Part shown: positions 38,626 through 52,562 of the stretch, piece by piece
How positions within the stretch are numbered: the stretch's first letter is position 1
Layout: the number at the start of each line of letters is the position of its first letter
Assembly (NCBI GenBank): GCA_012026655.1
Contig: JAAILG010002131.1
Location: 1 to 57,727, forward strand
From: Hydrolagus affinis
Taxonomy: Eukaryota
Length of the DNA stretch: 57,727 nucleotides
Direction of reading: 5' to 3'
Notes under the pieces: generated by a model
The model's database searches: none
Seen by the model: the letters and a program-made list of their open reading frames with translations, nothing else
What the model was told of the DNA's origin: nothing
Position numbers and translations under genes: made by a program

Positions 38626-40858
38626 CTTTAAATAGAAAGGAGGGAAGAATAAAGAAAACGTTTTAAAAAAATACACTAAAATTACATAAACTTAGATAAA
38701 CTTTAGTATAAATTCTGCTTTGACATCTAGTTTACTGGGTCAGGTTAAACATTATAGTGTAGTGTGTTTCAGTATCTTTAACACTGCAATGGTACAGCAT
38801 TTCGCACAACTGATTCAATTTTAAATGGGATTGAAAAATAAACCAAGAGCACTACTTTGGGATGCAGCCGGACAGGAGAACAAGAGGACATCAACAACAA
38901 CGACAGCAAAATTGCACTTGTATAGCGCCTTCCACGTCAGGAGGACTTCCCAAATATGGCAAGTGATTAGAGTTGGAAAGGGCAGTTTCATGACCGAGTT
39001 TTTCTTTACGCAGAAGGTAAATTAACAATCGGAACTGGTGGTCGGGAGGGTGATCAAGGCCAGTGCATTGGAACTCATTTGGGTGTTCGGGAAAGATGAG
39101 ATAAATAGGCCAAAGGGCCTTTGTCATTTGGACAAATCTTGTGAACCAAAAAATGAGGCTTTTCCTGTAGACCTAATGGCAACCGATGGATTAAAATTAG
39201 CTCTCACATCCAATGTTTCCACAGTAAAGCCAAACGTCCCCCTCCACACCCCCCTCCACTAGTAAAATGCAAATACGAACATCAGAAATGCTTGACAAAA
39301 AAAGCCAGAAGGTCCATCCGGTTTGGCTTCCTGGTGGTCACATGAATACACCTCCCAAACTACCTTAAGACCGTGTAAAGAATCACAAGCGTTTACAGCA
39401 AAATGCGCCAACGCGCCGACGTCACCTCGAGATTGCAACACAACTGTGCCTTTCCTCTTCTCAAACAGTTCTCAGAAAACCTGACCCTCTGAAAGCGGAG
39501 AAGCCAACATCTGCCAAAAAAATACAAATAAATAAGAGCCCAAAGTTCCCGTTCCAGATGCTGCGTTACTGGCAGACACCAATGGAACCAATCGCGCGTC
39601 ACTGCTCTGCTGGCGGGGGGTGGAAGGCAATTCAGTTCACTCCGCGCTCGAAAACCGCAGATGTAAATCAAGTTAGGAAATCCCTGTTGAAATCCAAAAA
39701 TTGTTTTATGTCTCTAGTGTCACCTTTTAGGTAAAAATTCACAAAAGCGTGAATTTTGCTGGAAATTATCGGCAGCTTTTAAGACACGAAGGTTTCACCA
39801 CAATCTTACAAACAAGTAGACGAGTTTTAACATGAACCGTGACTTTTCCTCCCCTCACCCCCTCCTCTCCCGACTCCTTCCTCAAACAAATAAATTCTAC
39901 CCCGTAACTAACAAGAAAACTGTAATGAACGCTATCAACAGGTTGGAGGATATCATTTGCAACTATACCAGATTAGTCGTGTGAATCGCATTGTGAAATT
40001 CACCTCGGCCCAAATCCTACACTGGCAAAGTCTGAGGAAAGGTCGGTGAACAAACAAATAAATGTTGGGAGGGAAGGTCGAGGTTTTTTTTGTTGCTAAT
40101 CCTCCCTTTATTTCCAGATGTCGATGACAAGAGTTTCACGTTGCCACGAGTTCAGCAAATACATCGATATTCAGCAACAACAACAACAACAACAACTTGG
40201 GTTTGTATAGCCCCCCCCCCCCCCCAATTTTGTTGTTATTGTTGCATTAAGATATATAAGACCATGTGTAATACTGTTTGCATTCACACTCAAGTTTGTT
40301 CCTGAAATTCTCTGCTTCACTTAACAAAGCGCTGGGGGGAAAATAATACTACATTAGTTTTTCCCACCACACTCCGAGATGGGGTGGGGGGTGGGGGGGG
40401 GATGGGGGTGGGGGGAATAAAGTGATTGAGACATTATATTACTTGGGAGAACTTCCCCAGTTACTGCCAGTTACATTACAACATTACTGGTCTTGTCAAT
40501 GACACCCTCTCCACCCATCAGGCTAATTGGAGACATGGAATGGAGGCATTACGCAAGAATAAAGACAAAAACGTTAATCATAAAAAACACACACATTGAT
40601 AAATATTGCAAAATCACATCCGTTTAACGTCTTAATTGTATCTGCACTCGCTTAGGTACATTAAGTGGGGAAAAAAACACCAGAATTTCTGCAGTCAGTA
40701 TTTCATTGTGAAGCCTTTTGACTTGACTTAATTAAGATCACCTGCTATCATGTTGCATTATCCCCTCCTCCCCTCCCTCCTCCTTCCTCCCACTCCTCCC
40801 CTCCCCTGCCTCTCCCTCCTCCCCTCCTCTCCTCCCCTCCACTACATACACATCTTAC

Positions 40859-41019
40859 CTTCAGATAATTTACAACTTTTAGAGGTCTGCACTGATGTAC
40901 TCTCTGAGCGTTTGTAGTTAAAACCGCACACAGGATTTCTTGTAAATCTGACACACCATAATAAGGCAAACACCTGGCCATTTCCTGGATATGCAAGTGT
41001 TGCTCTGCTGTCGAGGCAC
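40859..41019 (-). CDS. PMS1: PMS1 exon (exon 12 equivalent)
   Basis: gggtag|GT ... AAG|gtaaga, 161 nt. (G)ASTAEQHLHIQEMARCLPYYGVSDLQEILCAVLTTNAQRVHQCRPLKVVNYLK. Confidence 0.94.
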
Positions 41020-43234
41020 CTACCCACAAAAAGAGAGTTATTTTTGGTCAATTTCAATATTAAGATCAAATACTGTTTGCATCATGACACTGTTTGCATC
41101 GTTTCCGGTCAATGAAATAAGCGGACGAATGCAAAAACTATCACCCGATTACTTAAAGACTTGAATAGAAATGCGGCCCCCGAACGAACCAACGACTTCA
41201 GACTCTTTTGGGGTGGTGTGTTGCAAAAGAACTGACAAACACAAATGAGCTTTGTTTTGAAACTGAAGTGCTAAAGCTATTTCAACCAAAGTTAACTCCA
41301 GCTGCAAACCTTTGCGAGGTTTATCAACTGTTGCTTCAGGCAGTGACTTACTCGCTGTGTTAACAATTCCCATATGGCCCGAGTGACATTGGGCAACCTC
41401 TCGGGGATGGCAGCGCTAAGCAGATTTAAACAAGACAGTGTGTCTCTCCCCCCCCCCCCCACCCCCAAGAAAAGAAATCAGTTGTCAAATATGTTTAATA
41501 ACAAATTTCATCAGGGTCAGCGCCTGCCATCACCCCGTGCAAGGAGCAAGCCCTGGTGGAATGTGTGAGGGACGCGTTGCTGAATTGCACATATATGTGA
41601 GGAGAACTCGGCAAGGGATGCTGAGAAGCCATCAGCTCGACGAGGAGAAGAATAAATCTTTGCACAGTATCCCTTCTTTGGGAAAATAGGCGTTTTTACG
41701 TTTCTAAACTCCAGCAATCTCCAGCGGAACATTTTTCCCACTGAAAATCCCCGCCCGTTTTAAGAAAGATTGATAGTTCGCTGCCAACCACGCGTGTGTA
41801 AATAAAACCATTTTCTCTGCTGCACAAAGAGAAGCAGAGCTCGATAGCTCCAATAAACATTTATTAAAACTGCCAAGAGTAAAGTCCGGAGGAAAATTCA
41901 ACCAGTAAAGGCAGAAACCGGGCTCTCTTTTGTTTTCGTTTATTTCCAAATTAAATCAAGTTGGGAGGAAGATTAACAAGACTATAGAAATTTTCTTTTT
42001 TTCTCCCCCCACCCCCAACTTCTTGTTCATCTACAAAATTACAGATAACACTGTGAGATTATCTGTGACATTTTGACGAGTGTTGGCGCTATATCAAAAT
42101 GCAAGGATTTCGATTTAAGATCCAAACATCTCGATTGTCAGATATTCCTGATCCACTCACCAAGACGTTACACACATCAACCATAAGATATGAATGAGCC
42201 TTTCCTTCCTTCCTTCCCTCCGACCATCGCATCCAAGTTTTCCATGAAACATGTGGATCACCATTAAGCACGAGTACTGTAGCCATGTTTACAAATTGTG
42301 GGTTTAAAAAGCAATTTAAAAAATCAAGCTTACCTGAAGAGACTTAAGTGAGATCTTACCAGATCAACTAAATGAGTTAACAGTAAACTAATGGAAACTG
42401 GGATAGGCATAATTTACATCCCAAGTTATTAAGTAGTCAAAATATATATGTATATACTGTGTATATATAATACAGCAAACCAGCTGAACTTATCTTTTGG
42501 TAGCTACTATATATCAAAATAATAAGTGTTATTTTCGCTGCTATATATCAAGTAATTTTCACTGTACTCTAGTTTATAACAAATAACAAACACCTAACAA
42601 AAAACCCACAAAATCCCTCAAAATCTGCCTCAATGGTTATAAAATACCAGCGAGTGAGAAAACTGCAATATTTCAACATTCAACCATTTGGCACGGGGAG
42701 AATTAATGGAAAGCAGTTTCGTAAATGGAACTGTTTCTGTTTGTGCCAAAGGCCAAATTCAACTTTTTCCCCCCAGGTGCATAGCTCTGGTTTGATGTGC
42801 TGTCACCACAAATCTGCTACAGGGGTTAGACCTTTAAAATGTTTTCCATGTGAGCAAGGTGTGCCTGCAAAAACACTCGTGCTCTTTCTTGCACTGACCA
42901 GTTACTGACACAGCAAATCTGTCAGAATAATTTATTGCTATTATTGGGTGGAAAGCCTTATCTCTGACACATTTTGTATGTTTTATGGATGATTATGTAA
43001 AGTATAGATTTCTGCTGACCCAAAAAACTGCATTTACCAGCAAAGAGGTCATGTCAGAGAACTTTTACACCTCAAAGCTTTTTTTTCCCCTAGTACATAT
43101 GGCTTAAATATAGTTTAAAAGGCTAAAGTAACCTTTCAGCTACACCGGTTTGGAAGAGAAGGGAAGGTAGAATGTATACAAAAGACCATTATGGCGAAAT
43201 TAAATGTATTGACATCATCAGTATTAATTAAGAC

Positions 43235-43452
43235 AACTTGAAGTGGGACTTCTCAGCACTAAAGAACAGAGAAGGTTAAGAGCTCGTCAAAATTCTGAAA
43301 GGCTCTGCCAGGATAAATATTTCAAGATTATTCATTTTTCTCAGTAAATGAGTAACTAGGGGGCGTAAGAATAGGAACATAACTAGAATAGTTGATGAGG
43401 ATGTTTTTTTTAAAAAAAAATTATTCCCACAGAGGATTGTCAGAGGCATGTG
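43235..43452 (+). mobile_element. Degenerate CR1-like ORF2 fragment next to a SINE
   Basis: agagaaggttaaga..aaaattctgaaagg..actaggggg..ttcccacagaggattgtcagaggcatg resembles the CR1 ORF2 C-terminal region. Confidence 0.45.
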
Positions 43453-43456
43453 TTTT

Positions 43457-43786
43457 ATAATAATAATAATCCTTGCATTTGATATAGTGTTTTTTCACGT
43501 CTTTTGGACGTCGCAAAGCGCTTCACAGGAAATACTGTAAAGTGAATTGACTGTATATTTGTGGGAGAAACAGCCAATTGCACACAGCAGCGTCCCCGTC
43601 CCCCACCCCCACCCTCCACCCACAAACAGCCGCGGATTGAAAATGACCAACCTATCATTGCTTTTTTTTTGGAGGGATTATTATCAGGCGTGTGCGGAGT
43701 AAGGAAACTTGCCCAAGGCTTTGCCCTGGCCTGGAATCGAACCCACTCTCAAGTTTGCAAGCTGAATGCTCTAACTGAGCTACAGG
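43457..43786 (-). mobile_element. Full-length tRNA-derived SINE
   Basis: (aat)n tail, family body and a head ending ctgagctacagg on the + strand. Confidence 0.88.
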
Positions 43787-44801
43787 ACATGTAGTAGCTG
43801 AAATGACTGTCATAACATTTAACGGAGCCTTGGATAAACGCAGAAATAGGCACAATATATAAAAATGGAATGTGCAGGGAGTAGTTTTGTTCTGTCATTT
43901 CTGTAACCCAAATCAAAATTGTTTTTAAAATCCAAATAAAAGAGGACAAACTTGAAATAATCTATCGGATTTGCTGGACTGCACATCGACACACTAAGTT
44001 TAAAAAATACTATATTGCCCATTGACTCCCATCTAAATCAACTCGACTTTTAACAGGCAAAAAATACGCCCTTCAAAAAGGAAATTCACCCATTTCTCTT
44101 GGATAAAGCCATTCTTACGTTGTGACTGAACAGCATTTTGCAGCAAATTGTCTTGAAAAGCGCAGCACAAATTGGGGTTAAGCGGCCTGATCTCACAGTG
44201 AATCACATTGGAGCCAGGCTTGGCAGTCGAGACTCAGTTGAAGAGATGGTCTCGGGAACAGCCTGATTAGCGCCCCTGAAGTATAAACGCAGGTTGTGAA
44301 TCAATTTGGGTTCTGCTCTGAAATAATGTCAAGTCTTTGGCTATTTAAAAAAAAAAAAAAAACGTCGTGCGTCTGAGCTCGTTTATAACGCAACAAAAGT
44401 AAAATCAGAGGTTGGGATTTCTGAGTGTTCAAATCTAAGAGCTGGCATCAAACCTTCCTCAGATCTTAGCCAACGCCATTTGGAGTGGAAAGGACACAGC
44501 ATCTCATTGTTGCAAGGGTCATGACTTTGTGTCCAGCATGATACGAAATGGGATAAGTGTCAGATATGCCAGTTAAATTCTTAAAGTCCGCATTTAGCAA
44601 CAATGGAAATACAACGTCTTTAAACATCAACGGCAATAAATAAACCCGGAATAGACGCACACGATACCGCCCTTGGGGGATAAAGAGAAGTTAACTTTCC
44701 TCAAACTTTAACGTTACTGAAACATTCAGGTTACACTTTTAGATGGTTATACTTTTAAGATGCTACGCAACACTTACGTCTTTTGCTTGATATTAATGTA
44801 C

Positions 44802-44932
44802 CTGATATTAACTGTATCTTAAAGCCGTTGAAGACAAGCCTGGGATCTGTAAAAGAAACCACCCCATTCAACTTCGAGCATTCCCTTTGCATGTTACAGA
44901 GACAATCTGTGTGCTGGCGTCCGCCGAGGAGG
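44802..44932 (-). CDS. PMS1: PMS1 exon (exon 11 equivalent)
   Basis: ttgcag|C ... G|gtacat, 131 nt. (S)LLGGRQHTDCLCNMQRECSKLNGVVSFTDPRLVFNGFKIQLIS(G) contains the PMS1 DPRL..NGFKI motif. Phases fit both neighbours. Absent from the ORF track. Confidence 0.93.
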
Positions 44933-45327
44933 CTGCAATGAATCAGACAGATAAGTTAAGTTCACAACCTAGCGATGGTCGAACGCTCTCACAGACTTAG
45001 ATGGAACTACTGTACTTCACAGGGAGGATTTGGGGAGGAACGACTTCACGCCAGACGGCAGCGGGATTGTGGAGCTCGCTGCCTGAAGCGATGGTGGAAT
45101 CAGATAGCGTTAGTTGCATTTCAGAAGGAAACTAGACCTTCGTGTGAGGGAGAGAAGAACAGAAAGGTTTGGGAAAGAGAGAGGAATGAATGGGTGTGGA
45201 GGTTAAACACTGGCACAGACTGGTTAAGGCCAAGTAGTTGAATCAGACAGTGCGTAGTTTCCTCCTAAAATCCTTTGTAAATGTCTTTGTTCGTTGGATG
45301 CCACCCTCGTTCCAATGCCTGGTAGAA

Positions 45328-45640
45328 TCCTGTAGCTCAGTCCTTACAAGTGTGAGACCTGTGTTCGAATCCAGGCCAGTCCAAGCGAAACCGTGGGCAA
45401 GTTTCCTTACCGCACACGCCTGATAATAATCCCTCAAAAAACAACGATAATAAAAAAAAATGTCATTTCAACCCACGACTTTTTGTGTGGGGGACGTTGC
45501 TGTGCGCAATTGGCTGCCGCGTTTCACACACAAATATACAGTCACTTCACTTCACAGTATATCCTGTGAAGCGCTTTGAGACACAGTCTAGAAGACGTGA
45601 AAAGCCACGATATCAAACGCCAGGATTATTATTATTACTA
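45328..45640 (+). mobile_element. tRNA-derived SINE with an internal deletion in the head
   Basis: cctgtagctcagt joins directly to ccttacaag; B box gttcgaatc, body and (TTA)n tail are present. Confidence 0.88.
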
Positions 45641-45667
45641 TTCTTCCTTGTGGCAGCTCATGATATT

Positions 45668-45870
45668 ATACAATGCAAATTTATATTTAGAGCGGCTTTC
45701 ACATCTGAAGGACATCCCATTAAGTTAATAGCCAGGCACCCGAGCTGCAAGGTGGGAGCTGAAGAGGATCGGGAGGAGAACAATGCCTGAAAGTGTAGTC
45801 GGAGATAGATCTTCACAAGGCCCTTGAACGGAGTGAGGGTGGGAGGAGGTCGAGAGTGGTGAAAGATGCA
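45668..45870 (-). mobile_element. L2 LINE 3' fragment
   Basis: L2-type terminus plus minus-strand translation ..PTLTPFKGLVKIYL.., resembling the FK..LKT.L end of L2 ORF2. Confidence 0.5.
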
Positions 45871-46208
45871 ACTGTTAATTGGCATCACAGAGACATTCCC
45901 CTGTACCTTGGTGCCTTGCGAAATTTAACAGTAAACTCACAGAACCGAAAGTAATTTTCTTTCCATTTTTTTGCTTAACTTTTTTTTTGCTAGAACTTAG
46001 CTTTTTTGCTACAACCAACATAGGCAGGAAGGAACATTTAAAAAATGTTGTCTTAACAACTTGAAACTCAAAAATCATAATTGCGCTGGGAAAAAAAGAG
46101 AGCTTAATGGGACTGTGAACCTTAATTAGAAATATGTAAAACAGTGAGGCTTAATTTTCTGTGGGATCTATTGGCCGTTCCACATATTTTTTATTGCTTT
46201 CAGTGTAC

Positions 46209-46688
46209 CTGTTACTGAGAGATATCGGTGTATCGAGAGTCTGTGTGGGAAGGATGTGATTCTCCATCAGTCTTCTGTACAGCAAGGCTTCCTCAACCCG
46301 AAACGGATTCAACAACATCAGTTTCCTTCCAGAGGCAATAACCCATCCACTGTAGCAAGACAAGCGATTAATGAGGTGGAATCTTTCACCGCCTGAATCA
46401 CAGCTGTTAGAAAGTCGATGGAGTTGCGTTTTCAAAGAGCTTAACGAAAACGGGATGTGAACTATTTTCCGAGATGGCTGCGAGGCTGTTTTCTTCCGAG
46501 TTTGTGACTCAAAGAGTTTATCCAGGATTTGCTGGTTTGAGAGGGGAGCTCTGCGCTTGTGTTTCTGGACTAATTTTGTTACCGAGTTCAGTTTAGGGAG
46601 TTGTTTGCCTCCTCCTTGGTGAGATGTCTGTGCTCTCTTCATCTGTGAATTGTAGCGCTCCAGATCTTTCCCTGCTTTCTCCTCAAAC
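46209..46688 (-). CDS. PMS1: PMS1 exon (exon 10 equivalent)
   Basis: gtttag|G TTT GAG ... AG|gtacac, 480 nt. (K)FEEKAGKDLERYN (end of HMG box) ..LSNQQILDKLFESQ..LMLLNPFRVEEALLYRRLMENHILP. Confidence 0.94.
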
Positions 46689-48519
46689 CTAAACATAATG
46701 GAAATGCAATTAATAATGAAGCTTTCTCAGATACTCGCATGGATGTAGAACAAAAAATAGTTAAACCCATTTAGCACAAGGTCTTGTGAGATCAGTAAAA
46801 AAAAATTATTAATTGGGATTTAAACTATTTCCAATTTGATTTAATTGAACTTTAGCAGGAGGTAGAAAAAAATTCTCAACATTCCTGTTTTAATAAGAAA
46901 TAATTAATGATCTGCTGCTAGAGTTTATTTGCAGGCAAGTGAGGGTATTCCAGTAGGATTATTAAGAGTGGGCTATATTTCTAACGGATATTTAATACTC
47001 TATATTAATTTATTATTAAATATTCTAATGAGACGTTATTGACATAACGTACCAGTAATTTGGAGATGGGTGAGTGGTGGAGATTTAGCCCAGCACTTTC
47101 ATTCACCATAGTAAGTGTGCTTATAATAACAGGATTGTAAAACAAGTTGAGAAAGATTCAAATTAATAATGAAATTAATGCAGTCGGTCAAGATTCAAAC
47201 ACGCAGTGGGCTCAACAACAACAACAACAATAAAAATTACATCTGGACAGCGCCTTTCAACGTCGGGAGGTTCAGACAAATCAGTGTTTCTGATTCAGGA
47301 GAGTCCAGCACACATTTTCACTCCCATCCGCGTTCCGAGAAAAAGCATGGGAATCCCGTGATGTCTGTGAAAATGTTTCCATAATACGTTTGGAAAATTA
47401 AAACATATGGAAATTTAAAATGCAGTTTGAAACTCTAATCAAAATATAATACAGTATAACCCTTTCTCTCCCCACCCTCCACCCCACGTTAATGTACTGA
47501 AACCCATAATTAGCTTGAACCTGCAAAGAATTGTTGTCCCCCCACAAAAAAAACACACACACAAGGCTAATGATCCTAACACCTGGAATTCATTATACTT
47601 TGACACAGCACCTATATTGTAACTTCAAGAAAAACATTACAACACAGTTACACAGCAAATTTGATGGTTAAAAAAAAATTCTCTCCTATTAAGGAAATAT
47701 ATATTGTTGTGAAGCACAATTTACCATTTCCTGTGATGTATCGAGAGCTAATCGTTCTTATTTTGAACGTTCAAAGTTAATTAAGTGCAGATCCAGTGGA
47801 AAATACGTTGGCAAAAAAACACTGGATTTTTCTTCACCAGTTGTCTCTAATCATCATTTACTGAATTCACATATGGTGCCTGTATCCAGCTCAGCCCCTA
47901 TTGAATCTAAGTGGGTCCTTGGGACAAGCAATAAATCATATGGAAGAAGTGGTGGAGGGACTGCTTCAACTATAACTACTGAGATAGAAACCATCTGCTA
48001 CCTGTACAGCTGGAGGCGAAACTTCACTTCAACAGAAACTTAATCCTTTAACAGAGTTACAGCTTTGACCTGACCACTGAGTTATGTACTGTTGCCAATT
48101 AAACAGTCTGCTTCTTTTTGGATTATGCAAGTCTTTGGTGTGGTCACCTCTGGACCTTCTACTAATTATCCCCCCCCCCCCCCACCCCCATTCATTTACC
48201 TCAGCCGAGGGGGGCAGCTAAAGGCACTACAGGCTCTCCTACAATCACCACAGGCAAACTGGCAGCGCCGCGGGACGCACAGAATAAATTAAACCAAGTG
48301 TCAGAAAACCCTTCGGTCATCTTCCTTTGGCACTGCGTCCTTGTGGTATTCTCTTTGGTTCTCTTTGGGTCTTTTAAGGAAGTCCAGCTGTGTATATATA
48401 ACCTTGCGTTTCTTGGTGGAGCAAAATGATGTTGCGATGAACACAAATAAGGGTGGGAAAGATGGAAAAACGAAAGGGAAATTAACCAAAAAAAAAAATC
48501 AACTTCATGTTAACACCGA

Positions 48520-48619
48520 NNNNNNNNNNNNNNNNNNNNNNNNNNNNNNNNNNNNNNNNNNNNNNNNNNNNNNNNNNNNNNNNNNNNNNNNNNNNNNNNN
48601 NNNNNNNNNNNNNNNNNNN
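48520..48619. other. Assembly gap (100 N)
   Basis: Run of N. Confidence 0.99.
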
Positions 48620-50224
48620 GGGGGGGGGAGCAGCAGAACTCTCTGTACATCACACATTCTTTAAACGTGAGATGGAGCATCAAATCAGGTCCTCGAATGA
48701 GGGGGAAATCACTGATCCAGGTACTGTACTTCACACACAACGGGGGTCATTGGCCAAGAGAAAGATACTGGTTTATTCTTTGGCTTTCAACTTGAGATGA
48801 ACTGACACCTAACCTACATTTCCAACAGCCTCTAAATGAGATCAGCCAATGCAGCAAAGGGCCAGGGGTGAGGCGAGGGTGTTTCCTTGTCTCTATGGCC
48901 TTACACATTGTGCGGTTATACAAGAGTTCTACAAATATCCTCATCTGAAAGAGGGTGGAGTGATTTCCATTTCAGAAAGGTCAACTATTAGGATATATAT
49001 CAGGTGTTCAGTTAACCAGAGGGATGTCCATATTAATAGTTAGCAAATAATATCAATAATGAACAGATGGTCGTTGATGTCAATAACAACTGCGCCATTA
49101 ACTGGAAGTTCAGAAATCCTGGAAAATGATTTGGATAGTTTGGGATAGCGACATAAAAATCTGAGTGGTAAGGTTCCTTCCCTAGATCATTGCTCAGTAT
49201 ATGTCCTTGGGCTCCTCTAGAAAATGAACTACATTTCGAATGTCTCATCTGCAAGGTTAAAGTATATTTGTTCACAAGGAAGGTGAATGAAAGCTATCTT
49301 GTGGAAGACAATGGTACTGCGACATGTTAGACTTCTAAAATAGACTTCTAAAATAATATACCATATGTGGAGCCAACTGGGAGAACCATTTAATTCAGGT
49401 TCAGACCTAAATAACTGACTGGTAGATAGACTCAGTCACCTCGAACACAGTTTTCATGTTCACAGAAATGACTTTCAGTGTACGTTAAATAATATATTTG
49501 TGAATCACCGATATTATGTTGAATGAATTGCTTTATAAACCAGCAACACACTTGCTCCTCTGAAGCATCTTTTCGTGGACAGTATTAAGGTGAAACCTCC
49601 AGTGGATTAAACTGTTACCTTTGTTTTTAAACTCGCTGACTCAGTCAATCAAAATTATACAAGGGCAGTTCCTGTTGACTTTCAAACCTCTTCCAGCAAA
49701 CGTCTGTATTCCTTTCCGCACTTATCTTTCCAGGACTAATATTAATAATCCTCACATCTGCTTTAGCAGCTTATCCCATCATTGAGACACCTCAAAGCAC
49801 TTTGCACAATATGCTAAGAATGGACTGACTGTGTGTTTTGTGGGGGGGAGGGGGGTAACGAACGTGACAGCCGGTTACGCACAAGCGGCCGTGGAATGAG
49901 CGACACATTGGATTTCGGTGGATTGCTGACAAACGCACTTTGTCAAAATTCATCATCGTTCTCCATTAAAATACGTTTGAAGGGGAAAAACAAACGGAAT
50001 GGAAAAGAACAGCAAAGTAATTAATTGCAGGAATCTGGAGGAGATGCACTCTGTAGATCTCTGTAGAGTAGATCTCTGAGACGCCCCAAAATTAATTTGG
50101 TGGCTCAATATTTCATGAAGGGATTTTTCTTCACTGCAAACACACACACGCACCACTGAGTCACATAGAATGGAAACTAACTACTGGGTTAGGAGATCAA
50201 AACGTTGGAAACCTTGAAACTTAC

Positions 50225-51030
50225 TTATTTTTCTCTTCTTCGTTCAGATTTTCCCACATATCTGCAAGTTCCGCGCTGATGTCCTGCAGACGGGAGGTTG
50301 GGTTCTCTGCCAGCAGCTTTGACCGAGTCTCTTGCATGAACAGGGCAGAGGGAGACAAAGCCTTTTTGATCGTGTGATTACTGATCAAGTCATACAGCGT
50401 AATCTGTCCAGTTTTATCCTGCACTACATTGGAAACATTTTGACGTTGACATTTGCTAGGACTAGCGTTGGGTGGAAACTGCTGTGAACCTGTATCACAA
50501 ACAGGTTGGTTTTGAGCTCCAGTCTCGCCAGGTACGAAGACTTTGACGGGTTCAATTATTTTTCCATCGCAATCTTTCAGTCCATGCCCCATACTCCAGC
50601 TCTCAGCCCTCTCTGCCACGCTGCCGCCCTGCTCCCCCTGAAGGAATTCCTGTTCGTCCTTTCGTGTCTCGAGTGAAAGGCTTGGGTTGTCAGCGTTTCC
50701 CAAACGAATGTCGGTGACCGCATCGTCTCCGGGCTTTGAAGAAACACCGTTAGGATTCAGCGCAAACGATTCTGTCAGAGCAACATCACTGACGGAATTC
50801 ACTTTTTTACCCAAATCACCAGAAGCCTCCTTTGTTTTAGAACGAGGAAGTATTGCCTCTGTGTCGTGAGGATTCTCGGCTGATGGTACGGGAACACAGC
50901 TGCCGAGCGAATCACGGCCGAGATGTTGGGTTTCGTTGGAACATTCGGAAACTGGTTCACCAGCCATTGTAGTAGGAAGTCGTCCGTATATTGAAATCAA
51001 TATCTTCTCGATAGCAGATAAAACGGCTTC
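50225..51030 (-). CDS. PMS1: PMS1 large exon (exon 9 equivalent): linker and start of HMG box
   Basis: caccag|GAA ... AA|gtaagt, 806 nt, ending in phase 2. EAVLSAIEKIL.. , a long low-complexity linker with WSMG, then IKKALSPSALFMQETRSKLLAENP..DMWENLNEEEKNK (HMG box). Confidence 0.93.
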
Positions 51031-51087
51031 CTGGTGAGAAATCATATAAATCATTTCAACAATTTGGTTATAAAATTAGTTATAAAA

Positions 51088-51215
51088 NNNNNNNNNNNNN
51101 NNNNNNNNNNNNNNNNNNNNNNNNNNNNNNNNNNNNNNNNNNNNNNNNNNNNNNNNNNNNNNNNNNNNNNNNNNNNNNNNNNNNNNNNNNNNNNNNNNNN
51201 NNNNNNNNNNNNNNN
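51088..51215. other. Assembly gap (128 N) inside an AT-rich tandem repeat
   Basis: Run of N with ataaaattagttataaaa on both sides. Confidence 0.95.
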
Positions 51216-51446
51216 TATAAAATAATAATAAAATTAGTTATAAAATTTTGTTACAAAAGTACAGGTTTTGACCATTAACAAAAAAAGGATTGCTGTGATC
51301 CAATTGAACACTGTCACTACTAAACTAGCCACAGAATGAAAAAAAACAGATTACTTTCCCCTGATACAGGATTTATTTTTACAACTGAGGATAACTTTTT
51401 AAATTCCAAACCGGCCTGAAATTAATATATTGAAAAAAAACTGAGT

Positions 51447-51812
51447 TATAATAATAATAATTACTCCTTGCATTTGATATAGTCCTTTTCACATCTTATC
51501 AACGTCTCAAAGCGCTCCACAGTAAATTCACTGTAAAGTGAATCGACTGTATATTTGTGGGCGAAACGCGGCAGCCAATTGCGCACAGCAGCGTTCCCCC
51601 CACAAAAAGCTTTGGATTGAAATGACCAATTTTATTATTGTGTCTTTTTGGGGGGAGGGATTATTATTAGGTGCGCGTGTGTGTGTGTGCACGTGTGTGT
51701 GTGTGGAATAAGGAAACTTGCCCAAGGTTTCGCCCTGATCTGCCTGGATTTGAACATAGGTCTCACGCTTGTAAGACGAGTGGCTCTAAACCACTGAGCT
51801 ACAGGAGCTCCA
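51447..51812 (-). mobile_element. Full-length tRNA-derived SINE
   Basis: Family tail, body with internal (CA)n, and head ccactgagctacaggagctcc on the + strand. Confidence 0.9.
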
Positions 51813-52121
51813 CATCACCGTTAATAAATTGTTTGTGAGAAGAAAGACTGGAGAGCAATTATAAATGTTTTACACATTGCTCTTAAACTATTTATTTTCT
51901 CCCCGACTCACTTCCTTACTCTTTGGTGCCAATGCTTTAATAATAGCAAACGATGGTGAAGATTTGGGGGGGTGGGGGGGGAGAACTGGGGATTCTTCAA
52001 ACATTTCAGTCGTTCAACAAACATTAAATACAGAAAGTTTAATCGTATTATCGGAGTGGGGAAACAACTGTTCGCAGTGCAAGGCACTTTTTTTTTAAAA
52101 AAAGTAAAAAAAACACCTCAC

Positions 52122-52268
52122 CTTGTTGAGAAGCATTATTTGTGTTTTATCCGGTGTTAAATTCACGTCTAAAAAAGCAGCTGAAACCAAAATATTTAGG
52201 AAACAAATTGGATAACGAGTGTGCGAAGAATCCCTCTGGGAGTGAGCGGCGAAATACTGTCGGATCAT
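52122..52268 (-). CDS. PMS1: PMS1 exon (exon 8 equivalent)
   Basis: ttgcag|ATG ... AAG|gtgagg, 147 nt. ..RYPICFLNI..DVNLTPDKTQIMLLNK contains the MutL DVN.TPDK motif. Confidence 0.95.
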
Positions 52269-52356
52269 CTGCAAAACCAACAAAACTATTAAATTAAGAT
52301 TTATTTTTTTGCAATTGGCGTCTGGTGTGATTTTACACAGAGCCTTTCACGTAGGA

Positions 52357-52562
52357 TAACAACAACAACAAATTACATTTATAGAGCGCCTTTCACGTCG
52401 GGAGGACGTCCCAAGGCGCTGACCTTTAATGTACTTTATTTACAGAGAGACAGGGCAGGAGACCAAGCGCAGCTAAGATAGGAGGGAGACATGACAGACA
52501 TGACAGAAGGCGCGGTTAAAAACGGAGAGAGGGAGAGCTCCTGAGAGTGAGGGGTTGGGGGG
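52357..52562 (-). mobile_element. L2-type 3' end with extended 3' UTR
   Basis: (aac)n aaattacatttatagagcgcctttcacgtcgggaggacgtcccaaggcgct, followed by purine-rich sequence. Confidence 0.65.
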
